Source: the human T2T-CHM13v2.0 reference genome, Homo sapiens
Direction: 5' to 3' (one strand)
NCBI RefSeq assembly: GCF_009914755.1
Contig: NC_060947.1
Length of the DNA stretch: 64,000 nucleotides
The position numbers and the translations under genes were made by a program. Below the pieces are notes generated by a model. The model had not been told where the DNA came from. It did no database searches and saw only the letters and a program-made list of their open reading frames with translations. Below, in pieces: positions 1 through 11,078 of the stretch; position 1 is the first letter of the stretch, and each line of letters opens with the position of its first letter.

Positions 1-1429
1 GGGGATTACAATTCACCATGAAATTTAGAGGGGACAACATCCAAACTATATCATTTCACCCCTGGCCCCTCAAATTTCACATTCTTCTCACATTGTAAAT
101 TACAATCATCCCCTACCAATAGTCCCCCCAAATCTTAACTCATTCCAGCATCAAGTCCAAAGTCTTATCTGAGACAAGGCAAGTTCCTTTTACCTATGAA
201 CCTATAAAATCAAAACAAGTTATTTACTTCCAAGATACAATGGAGGTACAGGTATTGGGTAAATACTCCCATTCCAAAAGGGAGAATGAACGAAAGGGGC
301 TATAGGCCCCCACATAAGTCTGAAACCCAGTAGGGTTTAAATCTCAAGCCGTGTCATTTAATCTTAAATGTATTAAAGTCATTACATCTTGAAGCTCCAA
401 AACAATCTCCTTTGACTCCGTGTTCCACATGCAGGGCACACTGCTGCAAGGGGTGGGCTCCTAAGGCTTTGGGCAGCTCTGCCCCTGTGACTTTATGGGG
501 TTCAGCCCCGGTAGCTTCTCTCATGGGCTGGAGTTGAGTTCCTGTGGCTTTTCTAGGCTCAGGATGCAAGCTGCCCATGGCTCTACAATTCTGGGGTCTG
601 GAGGATGGTGGCCCCCTTCCCATAGCTCCACTAGGCAGTATCCCACTGCCTAGTGGGACTCCAGAGTGGGGACTCTAGTGAGGGGGTTCAACCCCATATT
701 TCCCTTCCAAACTGCCCTCATAAAGGTTCTCTGTGGGGGTTCCACCCCTGCAGCAGGATTCAGCCTGGACATCCAGGTTTTTCCATACATCCTCTGAAAT
801 CTAGGTGGAGGGTGCCAAGCCTCCTTCACTCTTGCACTCTGTGTGCCTACAGACTTAACACCACATGGAAGCTGCCAGGGCTTATGGCTTGCACCCTCTG
901 GAGCAGCAGGCCTAAGTAACTGGGCCCCTTTGGGCCCCTTTGAACTGCAGCTGGAGCTTCAGGGATGCGGGGAGCAGTGTCCTGAGTCTGCACATGGAAG
1001 CAGCCCCCCACTCACCCTCCTAGGCCTCTGGGTCTGTGATGGAAGGGGCTGCCTTGAATATCTCTGAAATGCTTTAAATGCCTTTTTCCCATTGTCCTGG
1101 CTATTAGCACTTGGCTCCTTTTTAGTTATATAAATCTCTCTAGCCAGTGGTTGTTCCTAAGCCTGCTTGGATTCTTTCCCTGAAAACAGTATTTTCTTTT
1201 CTACCACATGACCAGGCTGCACATTTTCCAAACTTCTGCACTCTGCTTCCTCTTTAAATATAAACTCCCAACTTTAAGTGATTTATTTGCTCCTGCATCT
1301 GAGTGTAGGCTTTTAGAAGCAGGCAGGCCCCATCTTGAACACTTTTCTGCTTAGAAATTTATTCTGCCAGGTATCCTAGGTTGTTACTTTAGGTTCAAAC
1401 TTCCACAGATCCCTAGAGCATGGACACAA

Positions 1430-1887
1430 TGTAGCAGGACGAGTCGCAGACAAGAACCCCTCGGACACCGAGTTGTGGAAGGAAAGGGCTTTATTCAGCT
1501 GGGAGCATCAGTGGACTCAGGTGTCCAAAAACCGAGCTCCCTGAGTGAGCAATTCCTGTCCCTTTTAAAGGCTTACAACTCTAAGGGGGTCTGCATGAGA
1601 GGGTCGTGATCGATTGAGCAAGCAGTGGGTACATGACTTGGGGCTGCATACACCAGTAATCAGAATGGAACGGAACAGGACAGGGATTTTCACAGTGCTT
1701 TTCCATACAATGTCTGGTATCTATAGATAATATAACCGTTTAGGTCAGGGGTCAATTTTTAACTACCAGGCCTGGAATGCAGCGCCAGACTGTCTGACTA
1801 CTGATTTCACTTCTGCCTTTAACTCCTACTTTTCCTTTGAGGCAGAAATTGGTCATAAGACAATATGAGGGGTAGTCTCCTCCCTTA
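1430..1887 (-). mobile_element. HERV-E 3' LTR (LTR2 family, 458 bp)
   Basis: Minus strand reads TAAGGGAGGAGAC...CCTGCTACA; AATAAA at 1490-1495 (minus); preceded by polypurine tract AAAGGGGTGGGTAG (1888-1901). Confidence 0.93.
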
Positions 1888-1915
1888 CTACCCACCCCTT
1901 TGAGAACCTCACTCA

Positions 1916-3960
1916 TTAGTGGGAGTTCTCACTTTCTTCCTCACTACCTACGTCTTCTTGCAAGACAGATCGATAGTGATTCATATAGAACACTTGTGCT
2001 GAAGCATTTTGGTGAACTAAGGTAGCGATGAAGCTTTTTATCACTTGAAGAAGTACAGGGAGTAGTAAGCAGGTTCCTATTACTATTATAACTCCTATTA
2101 TAAGAGTTTTAAATCCTCCTAGGTCTGGGAACCATTTTCCAAACATGGCCCCAAGATCAAATCCATGCCACACTTGCATGGGCATATGTGCCAGTTTTGT
2201 CATATCTCTATGTCTTCAACTACTTGCCCTTGATCATCTATGTGTAGACAGCAATTAGTAAGGTTAAATTTCCTATAGACCTCTCCTTCAGCTGCTAGCA
2301 AGTAGTTGAGAGCCAATCTCTTTTGATAGATAGCATTTCTTATCTGAGTTTCTTGCCAGGCCAGAATAGTCAAGGCTCTGTTGGTTTTATTAGTGATTAT
2401 TTCTAAGACAGCTTGTAACTATATGATTTGGTTGAACATGTAAATGGGGGTCCGGTATCCCCACAAGTCATCTTGTGCCCACGTAGCAGGCCCATAATAT
2501 TGTATGATTCTCTCGGGACCATTCATCATCTTTCTAATTTCCTATAGCTATGCTTCTCTTTTTGCGGGAAGCATGGACAGAGGGCAGCCCGGGAGTTTGC
2601 CTGTTTTTATGGGCAGTAGGAAGAAAGATGGTTTAATAATGCCAATAACACAACTACCTGCCCACTGGTTGGGTAATTTGGCATAAGCTCTATGCCCACA
2701 TATCCAGTAAAATCCAGTGGGCGCCGTCCAGTCCCGGTGGGACTCCAGGTGGATCCACACGGTTTGCAACTTTGGGAATTTACTAAATGTATTCCTTTCT
2801 GTGTGATTTGAACTCCACCAAGTGACTGTTTTTGTGGTACCATTATACAGTTTCTGTCCCAGACAACTAAGTCATCCTACGGGGTGAGTGAATTCTTTTC
2901 CCTCTCTAGCTATGCAATATTGTCCAATAATTGAGGCTTTTAGGATGCAGAAATTATCAGGGTGATTCTTCTGAGCCGGGAATTAATCAGGAACTGGGTC
3001 TGTAGGTACTAATTCTCAGGCTTGCCATGGCCATTGGTCTCCCATTACAATTCCTCCACATACATAACATGAAGTGACATTGAGAGACTGGGCTACATGC
3101 TCGGCTAATTGCAAAAACAAATTTCTTGTTTTTCCTGGAATTTCTGGTACTGGCACATGTAGTTCATCATAGAAAGTTTGAAACATTGGCTCAGGAGAGC
3201 GTTTGTAAACTTCTCCTCGAACTAAGATATTTACTCGAGGATTCAGTCTGGCCCCACTGATTCCTAAGGCCACACGCTCCCCTTTTTTCCAGCGAGAATC
3301 AAGGGGATTGGTTATTACCAGCTCTAAGGGGTTACATTGTCCCTTAGTACAGGAAGAGCCACTTTTTCCTTTCTGAAGGTGGACTGGATCCTTTTCATTT
3401 TTTTATCCAAGTGGCCCAAATGACACAAGACCAGTATCCACATTCATTTACACACAGTCCTAATTCATGACAAATGTACTTATTTTCAGTCATATAGCCT
3501 TTTTCCCAATCAAAAGAGCCACATCCCCTTCCTAACTTATTGCTATTAATGACAGCACAGGCATCAAATTTCAAGATTATGCATTTGGGCACCCTTTTTC
3601 TTCTGTTTTGGCTAATACTTTACTTATATCATTTACGAGTCCCCACCTGTCTTCAGTCCTTAATCTTATTTCAAAAACTGTGGACATGGGAGGCTTAGAG
3701 GGGTCATAACACACATCTGGCTGGTTGTTTCCTGGGCTACATACCTTGTACTGAGTGTCATTATATAAACATGTTCCTTTTAAAGTTCCTAGGCATTCAT
3801 AGTAACTATAGAACAGAAAGATTGTTTTAACTTGTTGCCCTACCTCGGTAACCTGATGTATACACTGACAGCAGTCCTCAATGTGGGGAAAATCAGTGGA
3901 GGTTTTTACTATACAAGTCCAAATTATAAGGAAAATGAGTCCCACGATGATCCTCCTCAT
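1916..3960 (-). pseudogene. env: HERV-E env, frameshifted
   Basis: Signal peptide MRRIIVGLIFLIIWTCIVKTS; SU fragments in several frames; TM immunosuppressive domain [29 protein letters not shown] (first Cys appears changed to Tyr); membrane anchor LIIGVIIVIGTCLLLPVLL; stop at 1916. Confidence 0.9.
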
Positions 3961-3999
3961 GCTTCGGCTGTGCGTAGACCAGTCAGCTTCCGGGTGTGA

Positions 4000-6900
4000 C
4001 TGGAGCAGGGCTTGTCGTCCTCAGAGTCACTTTGCAGGGGTTGTCCAGGCTTGGTTTCGCCTCCCAGATTTCATTGGCTGTGGTGGATCCAGGCTGGGAT
4101 TCCTTCTACCTTTACAGCCTTGGGGGTGGTCAGGATGACGGTCTGAGGTCCTTTCCACTGTGGCCGCAAAGGGGCTACATTCCAATCCTTCATCCACACG
4201 TGGTCACCTGGAGAGAAAGGGTGAACTGGGGAGAATAAGCTGATGGGACATTTCTCATTTACCCAAGTTGAAATAGTTTGTGTAATTTTTCCTAAAGCCT
4301 GTAGCTGTCGCTGTAATTCAATTTCACCTAACTCTCAGGGAGTGCCTGGAAGCCCCCCCGTAGTATAGGAGGAGGCCTATGATACAGTATTTCATAAGGG
4401 GAGTATCCTGTTTTCTTAGAAGGAGTACATCTAATTTTAAACAATACCATAGGAAGGGCCTGTATCCACTTTAATCCTGTTTCCTGACATACTTTCCCTA
4501 AACTATTTTTGATAGTCCGATTCATTCGCTCCACCTTTCCGGAACTCTGAGGTCGGTAGGCGGCATGTAGCTTCCAAGTGATTTCTAATGCCTTTGCTGT
4601 CTTCTGTACCAAGTCAGCCACAAATGCTGGCCCATTATCCGAGCCGATTCATAAGGGCAGTCCAAACCTAGGAATAAGATCTCAGAGAAGCACACGGGTT
4701 ACCTCGTAGGCCTTTTCAGTTCGTGTTGGATAAGCCTCCACCCATCCAGAGTAAGTACACACACGAACCAGCAAGTACCTATTACCTCCACATTTTGGCA
4801 TTTCTGTGAAATCCACCTGAAGATCCTCAAAAGGAGCCGCTCCATAAGCTTGTATGCTGGGTGGAACAGTGGGGCCTTGCCTCGCATTGTGCTGTTGGCA
4901 AGTAACACACTGTTGTTGTGTTACGGCTTTGGCAAGTGCTGGCAACTGTGAGATGTAGAAGTACCGGCCCAACAATTTTTCAAGTGACTCTTGACCTGGA
5001 TGAGTGGTTTCGTGCATGGCCAATACAATTGTGGCTCCCAGCAACTGTGGCACAGCTACTCTCCCATCTGGCAGTCTGATCCATCCTCCTTTTATTACTT
5101 ACCCCCCTTCTGCATGGAAGAAGTCTTTTTCTTCCTTAGAATAGGTAGGTACCAGGTCAGATGTTTGAGGGAGTAAGGGGGCTGCTACCAATGCCTGGTA
5201 AGGGGTAGATGCTGCTTTTCAAGCTTCTGAATCAGCTCGAGAGCTTCCTAAGGCCACTGAGATGGAGGCTCGCTGGTGTCCCCTGCAGTGCATGACTGCC
5301 ACCTTCTGAGGTTTCCACACTGCCTCTAGTAATTGTAGAATTTCTTGTTGATATTTTATGTCCTTTCCCCCAGAGTTTAGCAGACCCTTCTCCTTATATA
5401 ATGTTCCATGCACTTGGAGGGTTAGAAAGGCATATCGAGAGTCAATGTAGATGTTTACAGTCTTACCTTCACTGAGTTCTAGAGCCCGAGTTAAAGCAAT
5501 GAGCTCAGCCTTCTGGGCTGAAGTGCCCTGTGGCAATGGTTTGGCTTCAATGACAGCATCCAAAGTTACCATCACATATCCTGCACATCTTTCTCCTTGT
5601 GGGTTGATGAAGCTGCTCCCGTCCATGTATAACTCCCAGTCTACTGATGCCCATGGCTGGTCCCAAAGGTCAGGTCTGCTAGAATAAACTGAGTCCAACA
5701 CCTCTACACAGTTATGCTCTACCAGGCTCTCTGATACTAGGAGCAGGGTGGCGGGATTTAGGGTGTTACAGACTTCAGTGGTTATGTGGGGATTTTCACA
5801 CAGCAAGCTTTGGTACTTTGTTAATCTAGCATTTGTTAGCCAATGATGTCCTTTGGTTTTCATCAAAGTTACCACAGCATGGGGGGCCTTTATATTCAGG
5901 TTTTGCCCAAGGGTTAGTTTATCTGCTTCTTGTGCTAACAGGGCTGTTGCTGCCAGGGCCCTTAGACATGGTGGCCAGACTTTGGAAACCCCATCTAGTT
6001 GTTTTGAGAGATAGACCACTGGCCTTGGCCAGGGCCCCACAGTCTGGGTTAAAACTCCAACTGCCATTTTTTCTCTTTCTGACACATAGAGTGTAAAGGG
6101 CTTTGTCAAATCTGGTAGTCCTGGGACTGGGGGCCGACATAAGTTTTTCCTTTAACTTACAAAAGGCTTGCTGTTGTAGAGGCCCCCATTCAAAAGGCTC
6201 CCAGTCGCCTCCTCTGTAACCCTGTACAAAGGTTTGGCTAGCACTGCAAAGTTTGGAATCCATAATCTGCAGAACCCCACAGCTCCTAGGAATTCCCTTA
6301 CTTGCCTTCTGGTTTTAGGTTCCGGTAGGCTGCAGATGACCTGCTTTCTTTCTGACTCCAGGCTGCGCTCCCCTTTCTGAATAGTGAATCCCAGGTAGTG
6401 TACCTGCTGTCTGCAGATCTGAGCTTTCTTCTTGGACACCTTATACCCACAGTCCTCCAGGTGCCAAAGCAGGGCATCCGTCCCTTTTGTGCACCCGACT
6501 GCTGTGGAGTGTCCCAGCAGAAGGTCGTCCGTGTACTGGAGCAAGCCTAGGTCTTTAGCAGGAAACTTTTGCAGGTCTCAAGCCAGGGCCTCCCCGAAGA
6601 TAGTAAGGGAGTTCTTGAATCCTTGGGGAAGCTGGGTCCAAGGGTACTGAGTAGTGACACCTGACTCCGGATCTTCCCACTGAAAGGCAAACAGCTTCTG
6701 GCTTTCAGGAGCTAGTCTGATGCTAAAGAAGGCATCTTTTAAGTCCAGACAGGTAAACCAGCTGTCCTCAGCCTGCAGCAGCCCTAACAATGTGTAAAGG
6801 TTAGGAACTGTTGGGTGCAGAGTCACTGTAGCTTGGTTGACCAAGCACAAGTCCTGTACTGGCTGGTAGTCCTTGGTCCCTGGCTTAGGGACAGGGAGGA

Positions 6901-7552
6901 AGGGGAGGTTCCATGGAGACTGGCAAGGAACTATAATTCCAAAGGCTTTCAAGTGCCTGAGATGAACCTGGATTCCTTCGAGAGCTTCTCTGGGAACCGG
7001 ATACTGCTTTTGTCTAATTGGCTGGGCCCCAGGCTTAACTTCTATGAGTACAGGGTCTTGGTTGACCACCAGTCCCGGAGGATTATCATCCGCCCATATT
7101 CGGGGCCATCGCTTAGCTAGAGCTGGTTTTATCTCTTGGCCTGGCTCGGTCAGAAAAAGTCTCCATTCTTTTTCCCTGGTGACCATAAGAGCCATGATAA
7201 CTCCTGTTTCTGGTAAGTTTAGCTGTAAAGAGCCCTGTTTTGTAAAGGAGATGGTGGCTCTCAGCTTGCTAAGCAAGTCTCTTCCCAGCAAAGGCAAGGG
7301 ACAGTCAGGCATATACAAGAACTGGTGAACTATTTCATGTCCCCCCACTGAGAAGGTCCATGGTAGACAGAAAGCCTGCTTAGTGGAAACTCCTGTTGCT
7401 CTGATTATATCAATGGTTTCCTTGGATAAGGGGGTGACCAGGGTGGTCACTACTGAATGTTCAGTACCAGTATCGACCACAAACTTAATGTCCTTGCCCC
7501 CAATTGTAATCCTGACCGTGGGCTCCTTGGGGGCGCTTGAGCCGGGTCCCCT
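4000..7552 (-). pseudogene. pol: HERV-E pro-pol (protease, RT, RNase H, integrase) with stops and frameshifts
   Basis: PR VDTGT; RT CLDLKDAFF, LPQGFKNS and YTDD (in-frame TGA at 6578-6580); RNase H DGSS...SAQKAEL...DSRYA; IN HETTH..CVTC, QVDF, SDNGP, SSGKVERMNRTIK. Lower boundary approximate. Confidence 0.93.
4207..4245 (-). promoter_or_regulatory. Probable env splice acceptor of the provirus
   Basis: Minus strand TTATTCTCCCCAGTTCACCCTTTCTCTCCAG|GTGACC, ~250 nt upstream of the env ATG. Confidence 0.6.
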
Positions 7553-9142
7553 TCAGTCTAATTGCCCTTCAGCCAGATTGAACAAAGCTCCCTTGTCTTT
7601 TTCTGAGGTCTTTTGCTCCGAATCACCTTGCTTTTCCTTCAGTTGGGGACACTTATCTTTCCAATGTCCTATTTCCTTACAATAGGCGCATTGGTTACAT
7701 TGCAGCATGGGCGATTAGATTGGGTATTCTTCCTGGAACCCCCCTTTCCCTGTCCTTTTGGGGGAATTCCCCTAATGGCCGCAGCCAGTAAGTCGGTGTT
7801 TCACCTGGCCTGGCGTTCGCCTTCCTTACGGCTTTCTCTGGGGCTTGTTGCATCTCTATTCACAAACACTTGATTGGTTATTTCCAGTAACTGCGAGGTA
7901 TTCATACCTGCAAACCCAGCCTGTTTCTGCAATTTTCTCCTGATATCTTCCACACTTTGACTAAGGCCATATTAATCATTCTCTGATTTTCAGGACTATC
8001 TGGATCAAAAGGAGTGTACATACGGTAAGCCTCACACAGTCGTTCATAGAATTGCGCTGGACTCTCCTCTTTTCCTTGGATGACCTCAGAGACCTTATTT
8101 ACATTTGTATCCTTTTGAGCCTCTTTCTTTAGACCTTCTATCCATGCCGCATGGTACTGTCTTAGCCTCTCCATGTCTGGCCCCTTGTTCAGGTCCCACT
8201 GGTGGCCTGTTCCTGGCAGCTGAATTCTTCTATATTCTTGAGGGTTTTGGTAATTGGCTAGGACGTGCTCCTCTAGCCACTTAGTTGCCGCCTGGAGCAC
8301 CCTTCACCTTTCATCTGTATTAAAGAGGTACATGAGCAGCTGGTGACAATCAGCCCAAGTAGGATTATGAGTCTGTATAATAGTTTGGAGCAAGTGAATT
8401 AAAGCTTGAGGCTTTTCGGTGTAAGTTGGAGTATTATTTTTCCAATTGAGGTCAGCAGAGGTGAAAGGTTGATACACAAAGGCTGCCTTTTCACCATGTG
8501 TCTGTCCTCATCTACCCCAGTATATTGCTGTTCTCTCACGGGCATTTGGATTTCAGTCTTGGGCCGTAAGTGAGCTGCCAAGGGAGGAGTTTCTCCCATG
8601 GCTTCACTTCTTCTTTTGTCTACTCTGGGTGGTCTAGGAGTATGGATATCTGGTGGAAGTGGAGGTGCTGTGGGCTCAGGAATGGGGAGCCCTTCCTCTC
8701 GATAAGGAGGAGGCACTGCTGGTACCAATTCCTGCCATGATTCTTCCGGTGTTGGCTCGGACAGGACTTTTGGTGCCGACTTCCCTCGGTGGGTGGAGTG
8801 ACAGCCTTCCTTAACTAACTGTCCCTTTGCTACTAGTACTGCTGCTGCCTGTCCTCTTAACCACTGTGGGGGATCCAAAACTAGCTGTAACCAAGAATCT
8901 ATATACGGGAACTGATCTGGGTGCCCTGGCTTACAGGTTCCCCTGTGCCATACCTTCGAGACAAGGGACCTGTCCAGGCTTCCTTCTGATGGCCAACCCA
9001 CCTCTAATGCTGGCCAGTCTATCTCACACAAAGTTCTAAGTTTTCCTGGTGTCATAGTAACTCCATAGTCTCCCTTAAATCCCTTTTTGAAATTTTTCAA
9101 CATAGTTCCTAGTGAGGTGGGCTTACTTTGTGCCTGACCTAT
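7553..9142 (-). pseudogene. gag: HERV-E gag (start codon ATG>ATA, frameshifted)
   Basis: IGQAQSKPT start; MA CEIDWPALEVGWP; PPPY late domain; MHR QGKEESPAQFYERL; zinc knuckle CAYCKEIGHWKDKC; TGA stop at 7553-7555. Confidence 0.92.
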
Positions 9143-9664
9143 GTTTCCTTGAGACAAAACACCATGCTCACACCACACGCACACCACAAAACAGAATGGG
9201 TAAAGAGGGCACACACACACTTTTACAGTTTATACCAAACCAGAATCAAAACCAAAATCAGAGTATCAAGAAATCCCAGCCAGGTCAGAAACAAAACCAA
9301 AGTATCAAGTAATCCAAGTCAAGTCAAAAACAAAAACCAAAGTGCCAGTGCAGGCACGTCATGGGTGATTAGGCCACGCTTCCACTCAAATGGAGGGGTA
9401 AGTTCCAAAGACCAGTCTTAACAAGTTCCAGATGTCCAGACTCCAAGTACCAGTTCCTTCCTGGTGTTCAGCCACTGCATTGATCCTCCACAGGCACCTG
9501 CCATGCACTGCTCTGGTGAGGCGTTCCACTGGGGCAATTGCCTACCCGGGAGCGCTCTCAGGATCCACGTTGCTCAAGCTGGCTGGAGTCCCCCACAGGG
9601 ATGCTCCACAGGGCAGGCCTAAGCCGCCTAAGGGGCTGCCTTGACCGTCCATTAATCACCTCAC

Positions 9665-9682
9665 TTCCCAGTCAGGGAACCA
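9665..9682 (-). promoter_or_regulatory. Primer binding site, tRNA-Glu
   Basis: Minus strand TGGTTCCCTGACTGGGAA, 17/18 match to the complement of the tRNA-Glu 3' end, 5 nt after the 5' LTR. Confidence 0.92.
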
Positions 9683-9687
9683 AGAAA

Positions 9688-10150
9688 TGTAGCAGGATGA
9701 GCTGCAGACAAGAACCTCTCAGACACCGAGTTGTGGAAGGAAACAGCTTTATTCAGCTGGGAGCATTGGTGGACTCATGTCTCCAAAAACCGAGCTCCCT
9801 GAGTGAGCAATTCCTATCCCTTTTAAGGGCTTACAATTCTAAGGGGGTCCATGTGAGAGGGACATGATCGATTGAGCAAGCAGTGGGTATGTGACTGGGG
9901 GCTGCATGCACTGGTAATCAGAATGGAACAGAACAGGACAGGGATTTTCACAGTGCTTTTCCATACAATGTCTGGTATCTATAGATAACATAACCAGTTA
10001 GGTCAGGGGTCAATTTTTAACTACCAGGCCTGGAATGCAGCGCCAGGCTGTCTGACTACTGATTTCACTTCTGTCTTTTCTTTAACTCCTACTTTTTCTT
10101 TGAGGCAGAAATTGGTCACAAGACAATATGAGGGGTGGTCTCCTCCCTTA
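9688..10150 (-). mobile_element. HERV-E 5' LTR (LTR2 family, 463 bp)
   Basis: ~92% identical to 1430-1887; TATA-like CTTAAAAG near 9820 and AATAAA at 9748-9753 on the minus strand. Confidence 0.93.
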
Positions 10151-10520
10151 ACAATATAGCCAAGTTCTTTGCTAAGGCATATAACAAGGGTGACTTTTGC
10201 TGTAGTTTCTAATAAATTTTTCATTTCCATCTGAGGCCTCTTTAGCCTGGACTTCACTGTCCATGTCAGTATCAGCATTTTGGTTACAGCCATTTGACCT
10301 GTCTCTAAGAAGTTTCAAACTTTCCCTCATCTTCCTCTCTTCTTCTGAGCCCTCCAAATGTTTCTATCCTCTGCCCATTTCCCAGTTCCAAAGTTGCTTC
10401 CATATTTTCAGGTATCTTTATAGCAATGCCCCACTCTTTGATACCAATTTTCTGTGTTAGGCAATTTTTGCACTGCTGCAAAGAAATACCTGAGACTGGG
10501 TAATTTATTCTAAAAAGAGG

Positions 10521-10952
10521 TGTTAATCCAAAATATCTGAGACAGGTCTCAGTCAATTTAGAAAGTTTATTTTGCTTCCATGACACAGCCTCAGGAAGTC
10601 CTGATGACATGTGCCCAAGGTAGTCAGGGCATAGCTTGGTTTTATGCATTTTGGGGAGAAATGAGACATTAGTCAATATATGTAAGATGTACACTGGTTC
10701 ACTCTGGAAAGATGGGACAACTCGAAGTGGGGAGGGGGCTTCCAGGTCATAGGTAGATAAGAGACAAATCGTTGCATTCTTTCGAGTTTCTGATTAGCCT
10801 TACCAAAGGAACCGATCAGATATGCATTTATCTCATTGAGCAGAGGGATGACTGAATAGAATGAAAGGCAGACTTGCCTTAAGCAGTTCTCACCTTGACT
10901 TTTCTCTTTAGCTTAGTGATTTTGGGGTCCCAAGATTTATTTTTCTTTTGCA
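10521..10952 (-). mobile_element. Solo MER4A/MER4A1-like ERV1 LTR
   Basis: TG...CA termini; GAGG TSD at 10517-10520 and 10953-10956; minus strand AAAATAAATCTTGGGACCCCAAAATCACTAAGCTAAAG matches recalled MER4A start. Confidence 0.8.
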
Positions 10953-10959
10953 GAGGCTT

Positions 10960-11078
10960 GGCTAGGTATGATGGCTCATGCCTGTAATCCCAGCACTTTG
11001 GGAGGATTGCTTGGGGCCAGGAGTTTGAGATCAACCTGGTAAACATAGCGAGATCCTGTCTCTCAAAAAAGAAAAAAT
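10960..11078 (+). mobile_element. Alu left monomer (FLAM-like) with A tail
   Basis: GGCT...CCTGTAATCCCAGCACTTTGGGAGG...CTGTCTCTC then A-rich tail; flanked by AGAGGCTT / AGAGGTTT. Confidence 0.8.

Larger units (their letters stand above)
1430..10150 (-). mobile_element. Near full-length defective HERV-E provirus (LTR-gag-pro-pol-env-LTR, ~8.7 kb)
   Basis: Two homologous LTRs, ACAA target-site duplication (1426-1429 and 10151-10154), tRNA-Glu PBS, PPT, and gammaretrovirus-like gag/PR/RT/RNaseH/IN/env peptides in the ORF track. Confidence 0.95.

Noticed and set aside
1916-3960. Domesticated syncytin-like env
   Set aside because: The frame is split into many pieces by frameshifts and stops, and the TM cysteine motif is mutated.
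5219-7480. Functional reverse transcriptase from the two ~300-aa ORFs
   Set aside because: In-frame TGA at 6578 separates LPQG from the YxDD motif (here YTDD), and frameshifts follow near 6210 and 6125.
9235-9345. CRISPR-like repeat-spacer array or any prokaryotic system
   Set aside because: The repeats are degenerate and lack unique spacers, and the whole window is mammalian DNA.
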